Shown in pieces: positions 1-11,658 of a DNA stretch of 64,000 nucleotides. The position numbers and the translations under genes are program-made. Under the pieces are notes generated by a model, which ran no database searches, was not told the origin of the DNA, and saw only the letters and a program-made list of their open reading frames with translations. Origin of the DNA: Octopus sinensis (Eukaryota); NCBI RefSeq assembly GCF_006345805.1, contig NC_043012.1, positions 6,820,001 through 6,884,000 of the forward strand, written 5' to 3'. Each line of letters begins with the position of its first letter. Position 1 is the stretch's first letter.

Positions 1-201
1 TTCTTTTATTCGTTTTAGTCATTTGACTGCAACGATGTTGGAGCATCACCTTTCGTCAAGCAAATTGACCCCAGGACTTATTCTTTGTAAACCTAGTGCT
101 TCTTCTATCGGCCTCTATACCCAAACCACTAAGTTTCGGGGACATAAACACACCAGCATTAGTTGTCAAGTGATGTTGGGGGAATAAACACAGACACACT
201 A

Positions 202-232
<31 letters not shown>

Positions 233-333
233 CAATGGGCTTCTTTCAGTTTCCATCTACCAAATTTACTCACAAGGCTTTGGCCAGCTCAAGGCTATAG
301 CAGAGGGACTGAACCCGGAACAATGTGGTTAGG
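1..333 (-). mobile_element. tRNA-derived SINE family A (~400 bp with internal TA/TG microsatellite); 3' tail abuts the window start
   Basis: Same body (TTCAGTCATTTGACTG...GCTGGAGCA...GACCCCAGGACTTATTCTTTGTAAGCC...GGGACTGAACCCGGAA) recurs about 18 times in the window; the reverse complement of GGGACTGAACC is a B-box-like GGTTCAGTCCC. Confidence 0.85.
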
Positions 334-339
334 ATTATT

Positions 340-512
340 GTTTTATTTGTTTCAGTCATTTGACTGTGGCCATGCTGGAGCACCACTTTTAGTCAAACAA
401 ATCAACCCCAGGACTTATTCTTTGTAAGCCTAGTAATTATCCTATTGGTCCCTTTTGCCAAACCGCTAAGTTACGAATATGTAAAGACACCAACATTGGT
501 TGTCAAGCAATG
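340..512 (-). mobile_element. SINE family A, 3' half
   Basis: Second copy of the same tail directly after the first. Confidence 0.8.
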
Positions 513-561
513 GTGGGAGTACAAAATAATAATGATAACAATAATGATAATAATAATAATG

Positions 562-592
<31 letters not shown>

Positions 593-750
593 TGACATCA
601 AAAAATACCTTATGAATGAGAACCCAGGTTTGAAATTTTCCCCAAGACACCTGATGAAGGCTGGAGGGTATAACAGCCAAAACATTGTGTTAACAACAAA
701 CAAGATGAGGACAAATATCCGTCAAATGTAAATAATGTAAATAATGTAGA
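593..750 (+). mobile_element. Penelope-like pseudo-LTR remnant after an (AAT)n tract
   Basis: Contains a decayed hammerhead: GACAC-CTGATGA-A-GGCTG[10 nt]CAGCC-AAAAC-ATT-GTGTT. Confidence 0.55.
646..691 (+). ncRNA. Decayed minimal type-I hammerhead ribozyme
   Basis: Stem I GACAC/GTGTT; core CTGATGA 651-657; stem II GGCTG/CAGCC. The expected GAAAC-GTT reads AAAAC-ATT, i.e. two CpG-type transitions. Confidence 0.55.
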
Positions 751-1225
751 TCAACCCTAGTACTTATTTGTATTGGACTGTTATTTCTAGCAAAACCACA
801 GAACCTCTGTTGCTCGTTCATCATTGCTAGTATTGGAAAATGCAACTTTTCTTTTGATTTCTTGTATAAGAATTTCATTTTATTGACCATGGAGAGATGA
901 AAGGAATTTTTTAAGTCTGGCTGGATTTAAACAAAGAACCAAAAGAATTGTAACTACTGCAAGACATTTTATGTTATTCTACTGAATCGATTCCACCATC
1001 ACCAATAACAACAACAACATCAGCATCAACATCATGAAGCAGAACTATCATACTCGAAACAGCAACCAGATTTTGATAAAATCACACTCTAAGGAAAGGA
1101 ACTAACTGGACAATGTAACCCACCCAAAAATGATGGAATGGTCAAAGTCAGGATACCTTTAATCATAGATCTGCTTGGTCAGAGCTGACCTGAGGTTAAT
1201 ACATCAAAACAACAACAATAATACG

Positions 1226-1810
1226 ATAATTTATTTTCAAATGCAGAAATGCCGTTAGAATAGCAGAAACATTGGGTAAATTACTCTTACAAAAAGAAAA
1301 AAAATTGTCAAAAATCAGTCATGGGACTCAAACCCACATCTCTTGAAGATTCCAGCCAAGTGCTTTACCATTAAGTTAAACTGCCTGCCGACAATTTAAT
1401 CCACTTTTTAGATGCAATAAAGTTAAATGTATGACCACGTGTATATAAATATAAATAAACTAATATTTGTTTTTTTTTATAAATGCCAAAATGTATATTG
1501 TAAGGTGCAAATAAGACAATAATTTATTTTGAAATGCAGAGACACCACTATAACAGCAGAGACGTTGGGTAAATTACTCTTACAAAGTGGAAAAATTTGA
1601 CAACAACCACCCATGGGACTTGAACCCAGATCCCTTGGCGACTGTAGCCAAATGTTTTATCATTAAGTTAATCTGCCCACTGACAAATCAATCCATGATT
1701 TTAGACACTCTAAAACTAAATGTATATAATATAAACAAAACCAACATTTGATTTTTACAAACATCAAAATGTGTCTTGCAAGATAGAAAATAAGATGATA
1801 GTTTCTTTAT
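1226..1810. repeat. Two diverged tandem ~293-bp units, each with a tRNA-like segment on the minus strand
   Basis: ATAATTTATTTT(C/G)AAATGCAGA...TTGGGTAAATTACTCTTACAAA at 1226 and 1519; GGGACT(C/T)(A/G)AACCC B-box complement in both. Confidence 0.7.
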
Positions 1811-2269
1811 TAAATCATCTAATTTGTATCTTACAAAACAAATTTCTGCTCTTATAAAAAGCAAATATTAGTTTAAAGTGATGGTATGTTGCCAACTTAA
1901 TGCAGCAGTCCCATGAAAGGGAAGGATGTTACTGCTATTTAGCCCCAGGAAACACCGTTTCCAGTTGGCCATGACACATTAAGTTGGCTACACACTATCA
2001 CTTTATTGTGCTGCTGTTGTATAAATCTCTGAGAGATTTAGAAATGTAATATTTCTATTTTTGAAATAATAGTTTGTTCATATTTATCACAACAATAATG
2101 TTTCTTTAAAAAAGGTACAAGACAAACCTGAAAAATTATGAGAGAGTAACAGTTAATTGCATTAACCCCAGTATATGACTGATACTTTATACATCTAAGC
2201 ATTTTATCTGGCAGCATGGTAATGATTCTCCTAGCTCACCTCTTTACTGATAATAATGATATAAATATT

Positions 2270-2485
2270 GGTTTAAAATTTTAGCACAAGGCCAGCAGTT
2301 TCAGTGGAGGAAGTTAAGTCAATTACATCAACCCCAGTATGCAACTGGTACTTATTTTATCGACCCTGAAAGGATAAAAGGCAAATTTGACCTTGGTGGA
2401 ATTTGAACTCAGAACCAAAAGATGGACAAAATGCTGCTGCTATGCATTTTACCAAGATTGCTCATGATTCTGTCAACTCACTACC

Positions 2486-2488
<3 letters not shown>
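2270..2488 (-). mobile_element. SINE family B (Meta/MESC-like core)
   Basis: Reverse complement of GAGTTCAAATTCC..AGGTC...TTTGCCTTT.ATCCTTTC.GGGTCGATAAA..AGTACC; about 25 copies in the window. Confidence 0.8.
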
Positions 2489-2546
<58 letters not shown>

Positions 2547-2568
2547 TAATAATAATAATAATAATAAT
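2488..2568. repeat. (AAT)n microsatellite
   Basis: Direct inspection. Confidence 0.95.
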
Positions 2569-3982
2569 TGTTTCTAACTTAGGGACAGGTTGATGGATAG
2601 GGGCAAAAAAAGAAAATTAAAATGTTGATGTCAGTATAGCAAGAGCTCTGGTTCACTGACTGATCTGACACCCCTGGGGGACAGAAAATGAAAAGCAAAA
2701 TTGAATCCTGCAGGATTTGAACTGAGAAGGCAAGGAACTGAAACTAAATACTCTAAAACATTCTCTCTGATGCTCTAGCCATTCTACCAAATGATAATGA
2801 CCATAATTGGAATCAAGATCTAATTAATTACAGGATGACAGCGACCATTTGGTGATGATGGGTCATGTAGACCACATAAAACTAGGTGTTAATTAGGATC
2901 TGTCACTAATTAACTAGAAATTATATTTGCAGTTTGGCTGCTTGTGTGGGAACTGGACCAAATTATTGTTGATTAACATCAGTCTTCTGCCAACTATATT
3001 CATAAACCATCTTCACGAACTGAGAAATTTCTAGAAAAGGATTGACTGTTGTTTACCGAAGTAGCAGATGTATGAGTAGTGACAAACGTAGAGTGTGTAC
3101 TGGTCAGGGCAGCCTTTGAGTTTGCACTCCCCTCCTACACACTAAGCCTATACCAGCTTATACAGTAGAGCTGAGAGGGTTGCACTCATGAAAATGTTAC
3201 CCCGGGCCCTTCATCCTTCTCTAGCTCTTTTACTGTATAGGAGAAATTATGCTTAATCTCTGCAGAGGCAGGGGTGGCGAATGTGCATGCCTGTATGAAT
3301 CTATACACAGGTGGCTAATCCTAATTTAGAAACCAATAAATTTGTAGTCGGCGCTGGATCACAAGATGACAATAACAACGAAGATTTCAATGAATCAATT
3401 TGATTATTGACAATGCTTGTCTCCTTTTCTCTGCCACAGGTATTTAAATGTGGTTGTTATTTTGTTATGAAGGATATTTTTTTGTTGAGGCATTTCTGTA
3501 GAGTTATGTAAAGGGAAAATTGTAAAGTTTGGTTGAGATAACCACCAACACAGCTGCAGCCCTCACTAAAGTCACTAGAGCAATTTCTATATGTTAGATG
3601 AACAACTGTGATCACCACTGAGAGCTATAACACTGCTGATGCTGCACAAGCCATTACCAATAACACCCCTCTCTGCTGTCCCCTTCAATAACAGCTGGCC
3701 ACTGCTGCTAACTGTTATCCAATGACAAAAAGAAATAAAATACTATGCCGTGTGATCTTTATAAGAAAAACATGTGAATTTCTAGAACTCGCTTCCTAGG
3801 TAAAAATGTAAATACTGTTTGACTTTTTTCCATAATAAAATTCTTTGTGTTTTTTCTCTTTCTAGTTTCCCATCAAATTTACTTGTGTGAAGCCTTAACC
3901 TTTTTTGGATCACTGAATCTTCTGAACCAAAGATGGTCACCTTGGTCAACACTCTCTAAATTAAACAAGTATAAAAATTTAC

Positions 3983-4201
3983 TTAACTCTTTAGTTACCA
4001 TATTTCTGTTGAGCTGCTCTGTGTTTCTTTCAATTAATTTTAAATATAACAAAGAATTTAGTAAAATAACTTAATTAGTGTTAGGAACATAAATTGTGAC
4101 TAAGGTTTGGTGGAAAATTTTCATTCAGAACTTCTGAAAACAAGACATTTGTACTATAGAGCCAGAGGTGGTTTCAGCCAGGTTGGTAACAAAAGAGCTA
4201 A
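3983..4201. mobile_element. piggyBac-like MITE, older copy
   Basis: TTAACTCTTTAGTTACC ... GGTAACAAAAGAGCTAA terminal inverted repeat; body homologous to 4214-4443. Confidence 0.7.
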
Positions 4202-4213
4202 ATTAATTATTTG

Positions 4214-4443
4214 TTAACCCTTTTGTTACCATATTTTTGTTGTGGTGCTCTGTGTTTCTTTCAATTAATTTTAAATATAACAAAGAATCTGGTAAAATAA
4301 CTTAGCTATCATTAAGCTAGTGTTAGGAACTTAAATTGTGACTAAGGTTTGGTGGAAGATTTTAATTCAAAACTTATGAAAACAAGACGTTTGTACTACA
4401 GAGCCAGAAGTGGTTTCAGCCGGGTGGGTATCAAAAGGGTTAA
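4214..4443. mobile_element. piggyBac-like MITE (230 bp including TTAA flanks)
   Basis: TTAA-CCCTTTTGTTACC ... GGTATCAAAAGGG-TTAA. TTAA at both ends and CCC/GGG termini are piggyBac hallmarks. Confidence 0.8.
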
Positions 4444-4671
4444 ATAATTAGATAAAATACAAGTACCTGCGCATTAGTATAAATGATACAAGTTTCTTTT
4501 TTTATCATATTGTAGTGTGCAAAGTACTAGTCTGTGCATAATACCAGATAACTAATCTGGTGGTGGCTGAAATTTGAAGTCTAGACTCATATATTAATGC
4601 AGATTATAAAAGGTTCTGAACCATCAGTGTCCAGAAACTCCCTGTTGCACCAGTATATATATTTTAAAACT

Positions 4672-5055
4672 TGTTTCAGTCATCTGGCTACAACTATGAT
4701 GGGGTTCCACTTTGAAGAAATTTTAATTGAATGTATTCATCCCAGTGCTTATTTTGTTAAGCCTGGTAGTTACTCTATTGGTATCTTTTGGTGAACCACT
4801 AAGTTACAGAGATGTAAACACACCAACACCGGTTGACAAGTGATAGTGGGGAACACACACAAATGCAAACACACACAAACACAAACACACACATACATTC
4901 GACTGGTTTCTTTTGGTTTCAGTTTACCAAATCCACTCACAAGGTTTGTTGGCCTGAGGCTATAATAGAAGACACTTGCCCAAGGTGACATGCAGTAGGA
5001 TTGAACCCGGAACCATGTGGTTGAGAAGCAAGCTTCTGACTACACAGTCAAACCT
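4672..5055 (-). mobile_element. SINE family A
   Basis: Homology to other in-window copies. Confidence 0.8.
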
Positions 5056-5104
5056 GTATATATAATATATATTATATATTATATATATATATATATGTAA
5101 TATA

Positions 5105-5258
5105 ATATGTGACAATTACTTGGTTGCCATAATAAGACTCTGAGTTTCAGATGTCGGGGTGGAAATTGCCTTGATAACTGAGAGATGCCGGAGCAGATTT
5201 CTGCCCCGACATCCGAAACTCAGAGTCTTATTATGGCAACCGAATATTTGTCACATAT
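5105..5258. mobile_element. Penelope-like fold-back element: 62-bp inverted arms (5105-5166 and 5197-5258)
   Basis: ATATGTGACAA..GGTTGCCATAATAAGACTCTGAGTTTC.GATGTCGGGG is mirrored by CCCCGACATCCGAAACTCAGAGTCTTATTATGGCAACC..TTGTCACATAT. Confidence 0.8.
5166..5239 (+). ncRNA. Type-I hammerhead ribozyme with a core deletion (predicted cleavage GTC| after 5227)
   Basis: Stem I TTGCCTTGATAA/TTATTATGGCAA (11 of 12 pairs); core CTGA-GA (N7 missing); stem II GATGCCGGAGCAGA/TCTGCCCCGACATC (12 of 14 pairs); GAAA 5215-5218; palindromic stem III ACTC-A-GAGT, then C. Confidence 0.7.
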
Positions 5259-5334
5259 AACATTACAGATAAATTCCTCTATTTACATAATGCTGAGGTC
5301 TCATTCATTCCTTTGTTGTCTTACCATTACTATT

Positions 5335-5354
5335 AATATCTATCTATCTATCTA

Positions 5355-5390
<36 letters not shown>

Positions 5391-5429
5391 TATCTATATA
5401 TAATATATCTATATCTATATATTATATAT

Positions 5430-5461
<32 letters not shown>

Positions 5462-6001
5462 GTATATATACATATATATGTTTGTGTGTGTATACATATG
5501 TATATATATGTTTGTGTGTGAGTAAATATATGTATATATATATGTACATACATCCATGCATACATGTATGAGTCAGTGGAAAAGAGGGAATGAGAGGCAC
5601 CTTGTAGTGACTCATGTAGACACATTCTTTGAATAAATATTATTCCACTCCATAAAATGGTATTGAGTGCATTTTTTTCCCAACTAATTGGTATTCACAC
5701 CTGTGTGAATACCACAGTACATTATGTATTTGGAGGTAGGGGTGCAGAGGAGGGGGGAGGACGTGTGCATATGTGTGTGTATGTGTGTATGAGCAATGTG
5801 CTTGGGCGTGAAAAGGAAATATGAAAGTCAAATGCAGTTGTGTGTCTGAACTTTGGTTTGGTTAGCTTTATGATTGAGTATACATGCTAGAAAAAAAAAA
5901 AAAACAGAAAAAAAAGGAAAAAAGAAAGAAGGTGAAACAAAATCATGTTACTGGATTGAAAATAAAAGTAAAGAAAAAGAAGTGTTGGTTGTTTGAGTAT
6001 G

Positions 6002-6069
<68 letters not shown>

Positions 6070-6315
6070 AAGCGTATGTGTGTGTGCATATGTATACACT
6101 AGCATATACAAGTATATATATATATATATATATGCCTCTCTCTCGCTCTCTCTCTCTTTCTCCATTATATATATATAATATATATATATATATTATATAT
6201 ATATATATATGTATATGTGTATGCAAATATGCATGCACTCACAAACACATAAGAAAATATGCACAAGAAATTTCCTGTATAATCTTCTCTTCCTCCTACT
6301 CTTACCTTTACATCC

Positions 6316-6377
<62 letters not shown>

Positions 6378-6401
6378 AACTGTACCATATGTTACATATC
6401 T

Positions 6402-6435
<34 letters not shown>

Positions 6436-6449
6436 ATAATATATATATA

Positions 6450-6493
<44 letters not shown>

Positions 6494-6530
6494 CATATAT
6501 ATATATATATTTCATGTGTGTGTGGTGTGT
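5335..6530. repeat. Compound (CTAT)n/(TA)n/(TG)n/(CA)n microsatellite zone
   Basis: Direct inspection; source of the low-complexity ORFs at 5884-6602. Confidence 0.9.
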
Positions 6531-6876
6531 GTCTACAGCTGCATGTTTATGAGGGCTTTTTGTTTCTTCTTAATCTGCTTGAGTGGAGTGAGACTTCTCT
6601 GAAGTTGTGAGAAAAGCAAAAAAAGAAAAGAAAACTTTGAAGAGAACAAAGTCAGAAGCAAGTGCAGTGAGTAGCCAGAACAATAAGGAGAGAAATGAAA
6701 AGAGAGGGAGGGAGGGAGAGAGAGAGAGAGAATAGGGCAAGAAAGAATGGAGATTGGCAGAGAAGGTTAAAAGAAAGGAATTAATTTACTGAAATCTATT
6801 ATTATATGGAAATGTATATAGAAACATGAAAATAATAAAATGAAACGAAACGAAAATATATACTGCAATAAAACAT

Positions 6877-6877
<1 letters not shown>

Positions 6878-6920
<43 letters not shown>

Positions 6921-6947
6921 GTGAGAGAGAAGAGAGAGATTGAGAGG

Positions 6948-6978
<31 letters not shown>

Positions 6979-6980
6979 TT
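6878..6980. repeat. (GA)n microsatellite
   Basis: Direct inspection. Confidence 0.95.
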
Positions 6981-7064
6981 GAAGTCAGTTTACAGAACAA
7001 AAGCTGTGTGGATATCTATTGTGCTGCAATAAAACTCCAGATTAATTAAGATTAAACCACAAAT

Positions 7065-7077
7065 ATGTATGTATGCA

Positions 7078-7116
<39 letters not shown>

Positions 7117-7210
7117 GTGTATGTATGTATGTATGTATGTATGCATGTGTGGTGTGTGTGTATGTATGTATGTGTGTATGTATGTATGTATGTATGTATG
7201 TATGTATGCA

Positions 7211-7249
<39 letters not shown>

Positions 7250-7294
7250 GTGTATGTATGTATGTATGTATGTATGTATGTATGTATGTATGCA

Positions 7295-7327
<33 letters not shown>

Positions 7328-7454
7328 ATGTATGTGTGTATGTATGTATGTATGTATGTATGTATGTATGTATGTATGTATGTGTGTATGTATGTATGTA
7401 TGTATGCATGTGTATGTGTGCGTGTGTGTGTGTGTATGTATGTATGTGTGTGTG

Positions 7455-7485
<31 letters not shown>

Positions 7486-7862
7486 GTATGTATGTATGTA
7501 TGTATGTACGTACGTATGTATGTATGTATGTGTGTGTGTATGTATGTATGTGTGTATGTATGTATGTATGTAAGTATGTATGTATGTATGTATGTATGTA
7601 TGTGTGTATGTATGTATGTGTGTGTGTATGTGTGTATGTATGTATGTGTGTATGTATGTATGTATGTATGTATGCATGTATGTATGCATGTATGTGTGTA
7701 TGTATGTATGTATGTACGTATGTATGTATGTACGTACGTATGTATGTATGTATGTATGTATGTATGTATGTATGTATGTATGTATGTATGTGTGTATGTA
7801 TGTATGTGTGTGTGTATGTGTGTATGTATGTATGTGTGTATGTGTGTATGTATGTGTGTATG
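7065..7862. repeat. ~800-bp compound (TATG)n/(TG)n microsatellite
   Basis: Direct inspection; gives open frames on both strands (YVCM and HTYI repeats). Confidence 0.97.
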
Positions 7863-7982
7863 GATCTCTCCATTTGGCATTCTTGAAGCCAGAAGGTGTC
7901 GGGGTCCTGTCAGGGGCGTGGAAACCTTGAAGTAGTTGGAACCAAATCAAACTATTTTAAATAATATATATATATGTATGTA

Positions 7983-8245
7983 TGGAGGCACAATGGCCTA
8001 GTGGTTAGGGCAGCGGACTCGCGGTTGCAGGATCGTGGTTTCGATTCCCAGACCGGGTGTTGTGTGTGTTTATTGAGCGAAAACACCTAAAAGCTCCACA
8101 AGGCTCCAGCAGGGGGTGGTGATCCCTGCTGTACTCTTTCACCACTCTTTCTCCCACTCTTTCTTCTGTTGGCCTGCTCGCTTAGCCAGCGGGGTGGCGT
8201 CATTCGAAGGCTTAAACAACGCATTGTGACCAGCGATGTGACGTG
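7983..8245 (+). mobile_element. tRNA-derived SINE family D (tRNA-Arg-like head)
   Basis: A box TGGCCTAGTGG and B box GGTTTCGATTCCC; body matches the reverse complement of 14783-15090. Confidence 0.85.
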
Positions 8246-8499
8246 ATATATATATTATATATATGAAAAATTGTGATAAATACCACTTTATATCATAAAA
8301 TGACTACTCAAATTTCACCATTGATGGTTTTCTGTTGTAGTTAAACAGCCACAACAATGAAACGTAAGTAGGGAACTAATGAGATGGACTGGATTTTTTT
8401 ATCACTGTTTCTCCCACATATATGCTCTCTGTATCATAACCAGTAACACTATATTGTATCAATCGAAGAACTATACTAGAAACAGACTACATGATAATA

Positions 8500-8720
8500 A
8501 CCTACATACCATCATCATCATCATCATCATCAGCGTTGTCGTCGTCGTCATCATCATCATCATTTAACATCTATTTTCTATGATGGCATGGATTGGATGG
8601 CTTGACAGGAGCTGCACCAGGGTTTTTAGTCTGTTTTAGTTTGGTTTCTACGACTTTATATCCTTCCTAATGCCAACCACTTTACATGGAGTACTGAGTG
8701 CTTTTTATGTGGCCCAACCC
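8500..8720 (-). mobile_element. RTE-type LINE 3' terminus (family C)
   Basis: (CAT)n followed by TTTAACATC..TTTCTATGATGGCATGG...CCTTCCTAATGCCAACCAC, shared with about 20 copies. Confidence 0.7.
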
Positions 8721-8933
8721 ATACACACACACACACACCACACACACCACACACACGCACACACACTCTCACACTCATACATGCACACATAGCTTTGAAA
8801 AATCAGTAACACTTTTTTTTGAATGGAAATGACACACACTAAACTGAAAAACTTGAAAACTTCTTTGAATAGATTTTGAATGATAGAAGCATGCTTGAAT
8901 GTATGCATACACACATGTAAATGTGTGTGTGTG

Positions 8934-9024
<91 letters not shown>

Positions 9025-9174
9025 GTGAGTATGAATAATTCAAATAAAGGCCAACAAACTATTCTTAGGTGACTGGATCTGGATAGAGCAAAAATTATTC
9101 TTATCATCAGAAATCTTTGATGTAAAAGTAAGAAAAAGCTCACGAGCTGGCTAAGTGTCATTTGCACATTGACC

Positions 9175-9354
9175 GAATGGAATGCTTAGTGGCATTTCAT
9201 CCATCTCCACATTCTGACTTCAAGTGCTGCCCAAGGTCAAGTTTTGCCTTTCATCCTTTTGGGTGTCAATGGAATAAGAACCAATTGGTTCCTGGGGGGT
9301 TATGTTAACGATTAGTCCCCCTCCACCCCAAAATTTCAAGCCTTGTGCCTATAG

Positions 9355-9355
<1 letters not shown>
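9175..9355 (+). mobile_element. SINE family B, diverged
   Basis: Core TTGCCTTTCATCCTTTT and tail AATTTCAAGCCTTGTGCCTATAG. Confidence 0.7.
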
Positions 9356-9356
<1 letters not shown>

Positions 9357-9385
<29 letters not shown>

Positions 9386-9692
9386 TTAACGTCTGTTGAC
9401 CATGCTGCCATGGGTTGGACGGTTTGACCAGGCTGGCATGCTAGAAGGCTACACCAGACTCCAGTCTGATTTGGCATGGTTTTCTACAGCTGGATGCCCT
9501 TCCTAATGCCAACCACTCCAAGAGTGTAATGGGTGCTTTTACATGCCACTGGCACGGGTGCCATTTGCATGACATCAGTATTTGCCATGATTGTTCTTTC
9601 TCGGCTTGCTGGGTTTTTCTTCTCAAGCATGACATAATGCCAAAGGTCTTAGTCATTGCCTCTGTGAGGCCCAACACTCAAAAGGAACTCAG
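9357..9692 (-). mobile_element. RTE LINE 3' fragment: ORF2 C-terminus, 3'UTR and (GAT)n tail
   Basis: Minus frame LGLTEAMTK resembles the RTE ORF2 end; links family C tails to an RTE LINE. Confidence 0.75.
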
Positions 9693-9699
9693 AAAGGAT

Positions 9700-9755
9700 T
9701 ATCATCATCATCATCATCATTCTTCTTCTTCTTCTTATTATTATTATTATTATAT

Positions 9756-9790
<35 letters not shown>

Positions 9791-9831
9791 TTATTGTTTT
9801 TATCATCATCATCATCATCATCATCATCTCA

Positions 9832-9877
<46 letters not shown>

Positions 9878-9905
9878 CATTACTATTATTATTATTATTA
9901 TTATC
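9700..9905. repeat. Compound trinucleotide tract (CAT)(TCT)(TAT)(ACT)(CAT)(TAT)
   Basis: Direct inspection. Confidence 0.95.
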
Positions 9906-10189
9906 AGACAAAATACTTAGCAGCATTCTTTATGTTTTGAGTTCAAATTCTGCTAAAGTCAGCTTTGCCTTTCGTTCTTTCAGGCCAATAACATAAATAC
10001 AAGTTGAGCAGGAAATGATGAAGGGCAGAGTAATCAACATAATCCCCTTTGTTAAAATTGCTGGCCTTGTACTAAAATTGGAAACTGTTATGATTATTAT
10101 GTTTTATGTTTTTACTCCTTTTTTACTTTTTTTTTCTTTTTCTTTTTTGTCTTTTTTGTTGTTGCTATTTTCACTTCAGTTTTATGATG

Positions 10190-10671
10190 TCTCACATGTC
10201 TGCAATTTCTTTGAAAATTGGTCTCTAATCAATAACCTTAAGGACTTTGCGTGTTAACTGATGAGTTTTTGTTTCAATATCCTAGTCCTTTCAAAGAAAA
10301 AAGCCTTCATTCTGGAAGTGTTCCAAAACGTGTGCCAGTTCTTAGATGTTTAATCATCTTCTTTTAACTCTTTGAAATTTTTTTGCAAACCACTTCTAAT
10401 GCTCCAATTACAACTCTAGATTCCCCCCTCCTTCCTTCCTTTACAATGGTCCGATCTATTCTACTTTCCGATCCCAATCCAAGTTGATTGTGTTTTGTAA
10501 TCTATTCGTCTCTCTCCGAGTCTGATTGTCAAGTATTTATGTTGCTATTGTCATTGTATATCAGGACATCTGTCTTTCAGCTAGTTCCACAGGATGGTGG
10601 AAGTGGGTGAAGAGGAAGGGGTAGAGGGGGATGAGGAGGAGGATGAGGAAGAAGAAGAAGGAGGAGAGGAA

Positions 10672-10703
<32 letters not shown>

Positions 10704-11340
10704 AGAAGAAGAGAACAGGTGCAGAAGGCGAAGAAGATGAATGAAGTAGAAGAACAAAGAAGAATTGAAGACGTAAAGGACGAAGAAGAAAATGAAGACT
10801 ACAGAAAATGAATGAAAGAGAAGAATGAAGAAGAAGGTGAAGATAAAGATGGTGATGAACGAAAAAGAGGAGAAAAAAGAAAAGAAAAGTCTTTCACCTC
10901 TGAACATTGTCTCTTTATCATTTCCAGCTGGTGTACTCAAAGAACAAACAATACAAGCACCATTATCTCGGATGCTGTCTGAGTTCTCTTCCTGGTTTTA
11001 GTTTCTATACATTTAGTCATCATGTCTTGACCTTCCTTCACCGCTTAACCTTCATGTAAGCACTTCAATTTTTGTTGACATAGTTGTTGGTGATGATAGC
11101 AGAGTAGCGGTGTTTAAACTCTAGGTCAATTCAGTGGTGGGACAAGGGTTGTCAGCTGTGGATGAGGGTGTGAAGCAGAAACACTTTTCATGATAAGTCG
11201 CCTGAAATTTTGCATCTCATCACAGCATCCCATCCCATCTGCATCCTGGAATGACCGAACCCTCTCCACCACCACCACCACCACCACCATTATAATCAAG
11301 CTCCTGCTGTTCCACATTTCAATACTATAAAAACGTCCAA
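10190..11340 (-). mobile_element. Heavily decayed R4/Dong-like (RLE) LINE 3' region, split by a (GAA/GAG)n tract at ~10600-10890
   Basis: Collinear minus-strand peptide remnants ITNNYV, DNGACIV (cf. DNVARIV), LWN..RCPDI, VVIGALEVV and LEHFQ, in the same order as in 39304-39883. Confidence 0.5.
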
Positions 11341-11658
11341 GAGTTACCTAAGTATCGGAAAGTAAGGCACTTGTTTGGCACCAACCAGCTGTCTATTTAG
11401 AGCTGTATATGGCTATGATAAAAGTCCATACTCATAGATAGCATCTTCCATCCGGAACCTCCACCTTGTCCAGAATATTGATCTACAGGAAGCTATCTAG
11501 AGGTGTGCAACCAGACGAATACCCTCCATCACTCACTTGCTTCTCTGGACATTAACATGCAAAAGTTTGGAGATCTAACAACTGACTTGGAAGAAGCCCA
11601 CAAGATCATCCACCATCTTTTCAATAACAACTTAAGCAATCATTTTGAATTCAATATC

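Noticed and set aside
6990-7950. ORFs of 270-302 aa (HTYI and YVCM repeats)
   Set aside because: Translations of the (TATG)n/(TG)n microsatellite, open on both strands.
7983-8060. tRNA gene candidate
   Set aside because: It continues into a SINE body with a second copy at 14783-15090; it is a SINE head, not a tRNA gene.
10928-11055. Plus-strand TTTCCAG...CAT|GTAAGC 128-nt exon-like segment with one open frame
   Set aside because: Better explained as the antisense of a decayed Dong-like LINE; the peptide is unrecognisable.
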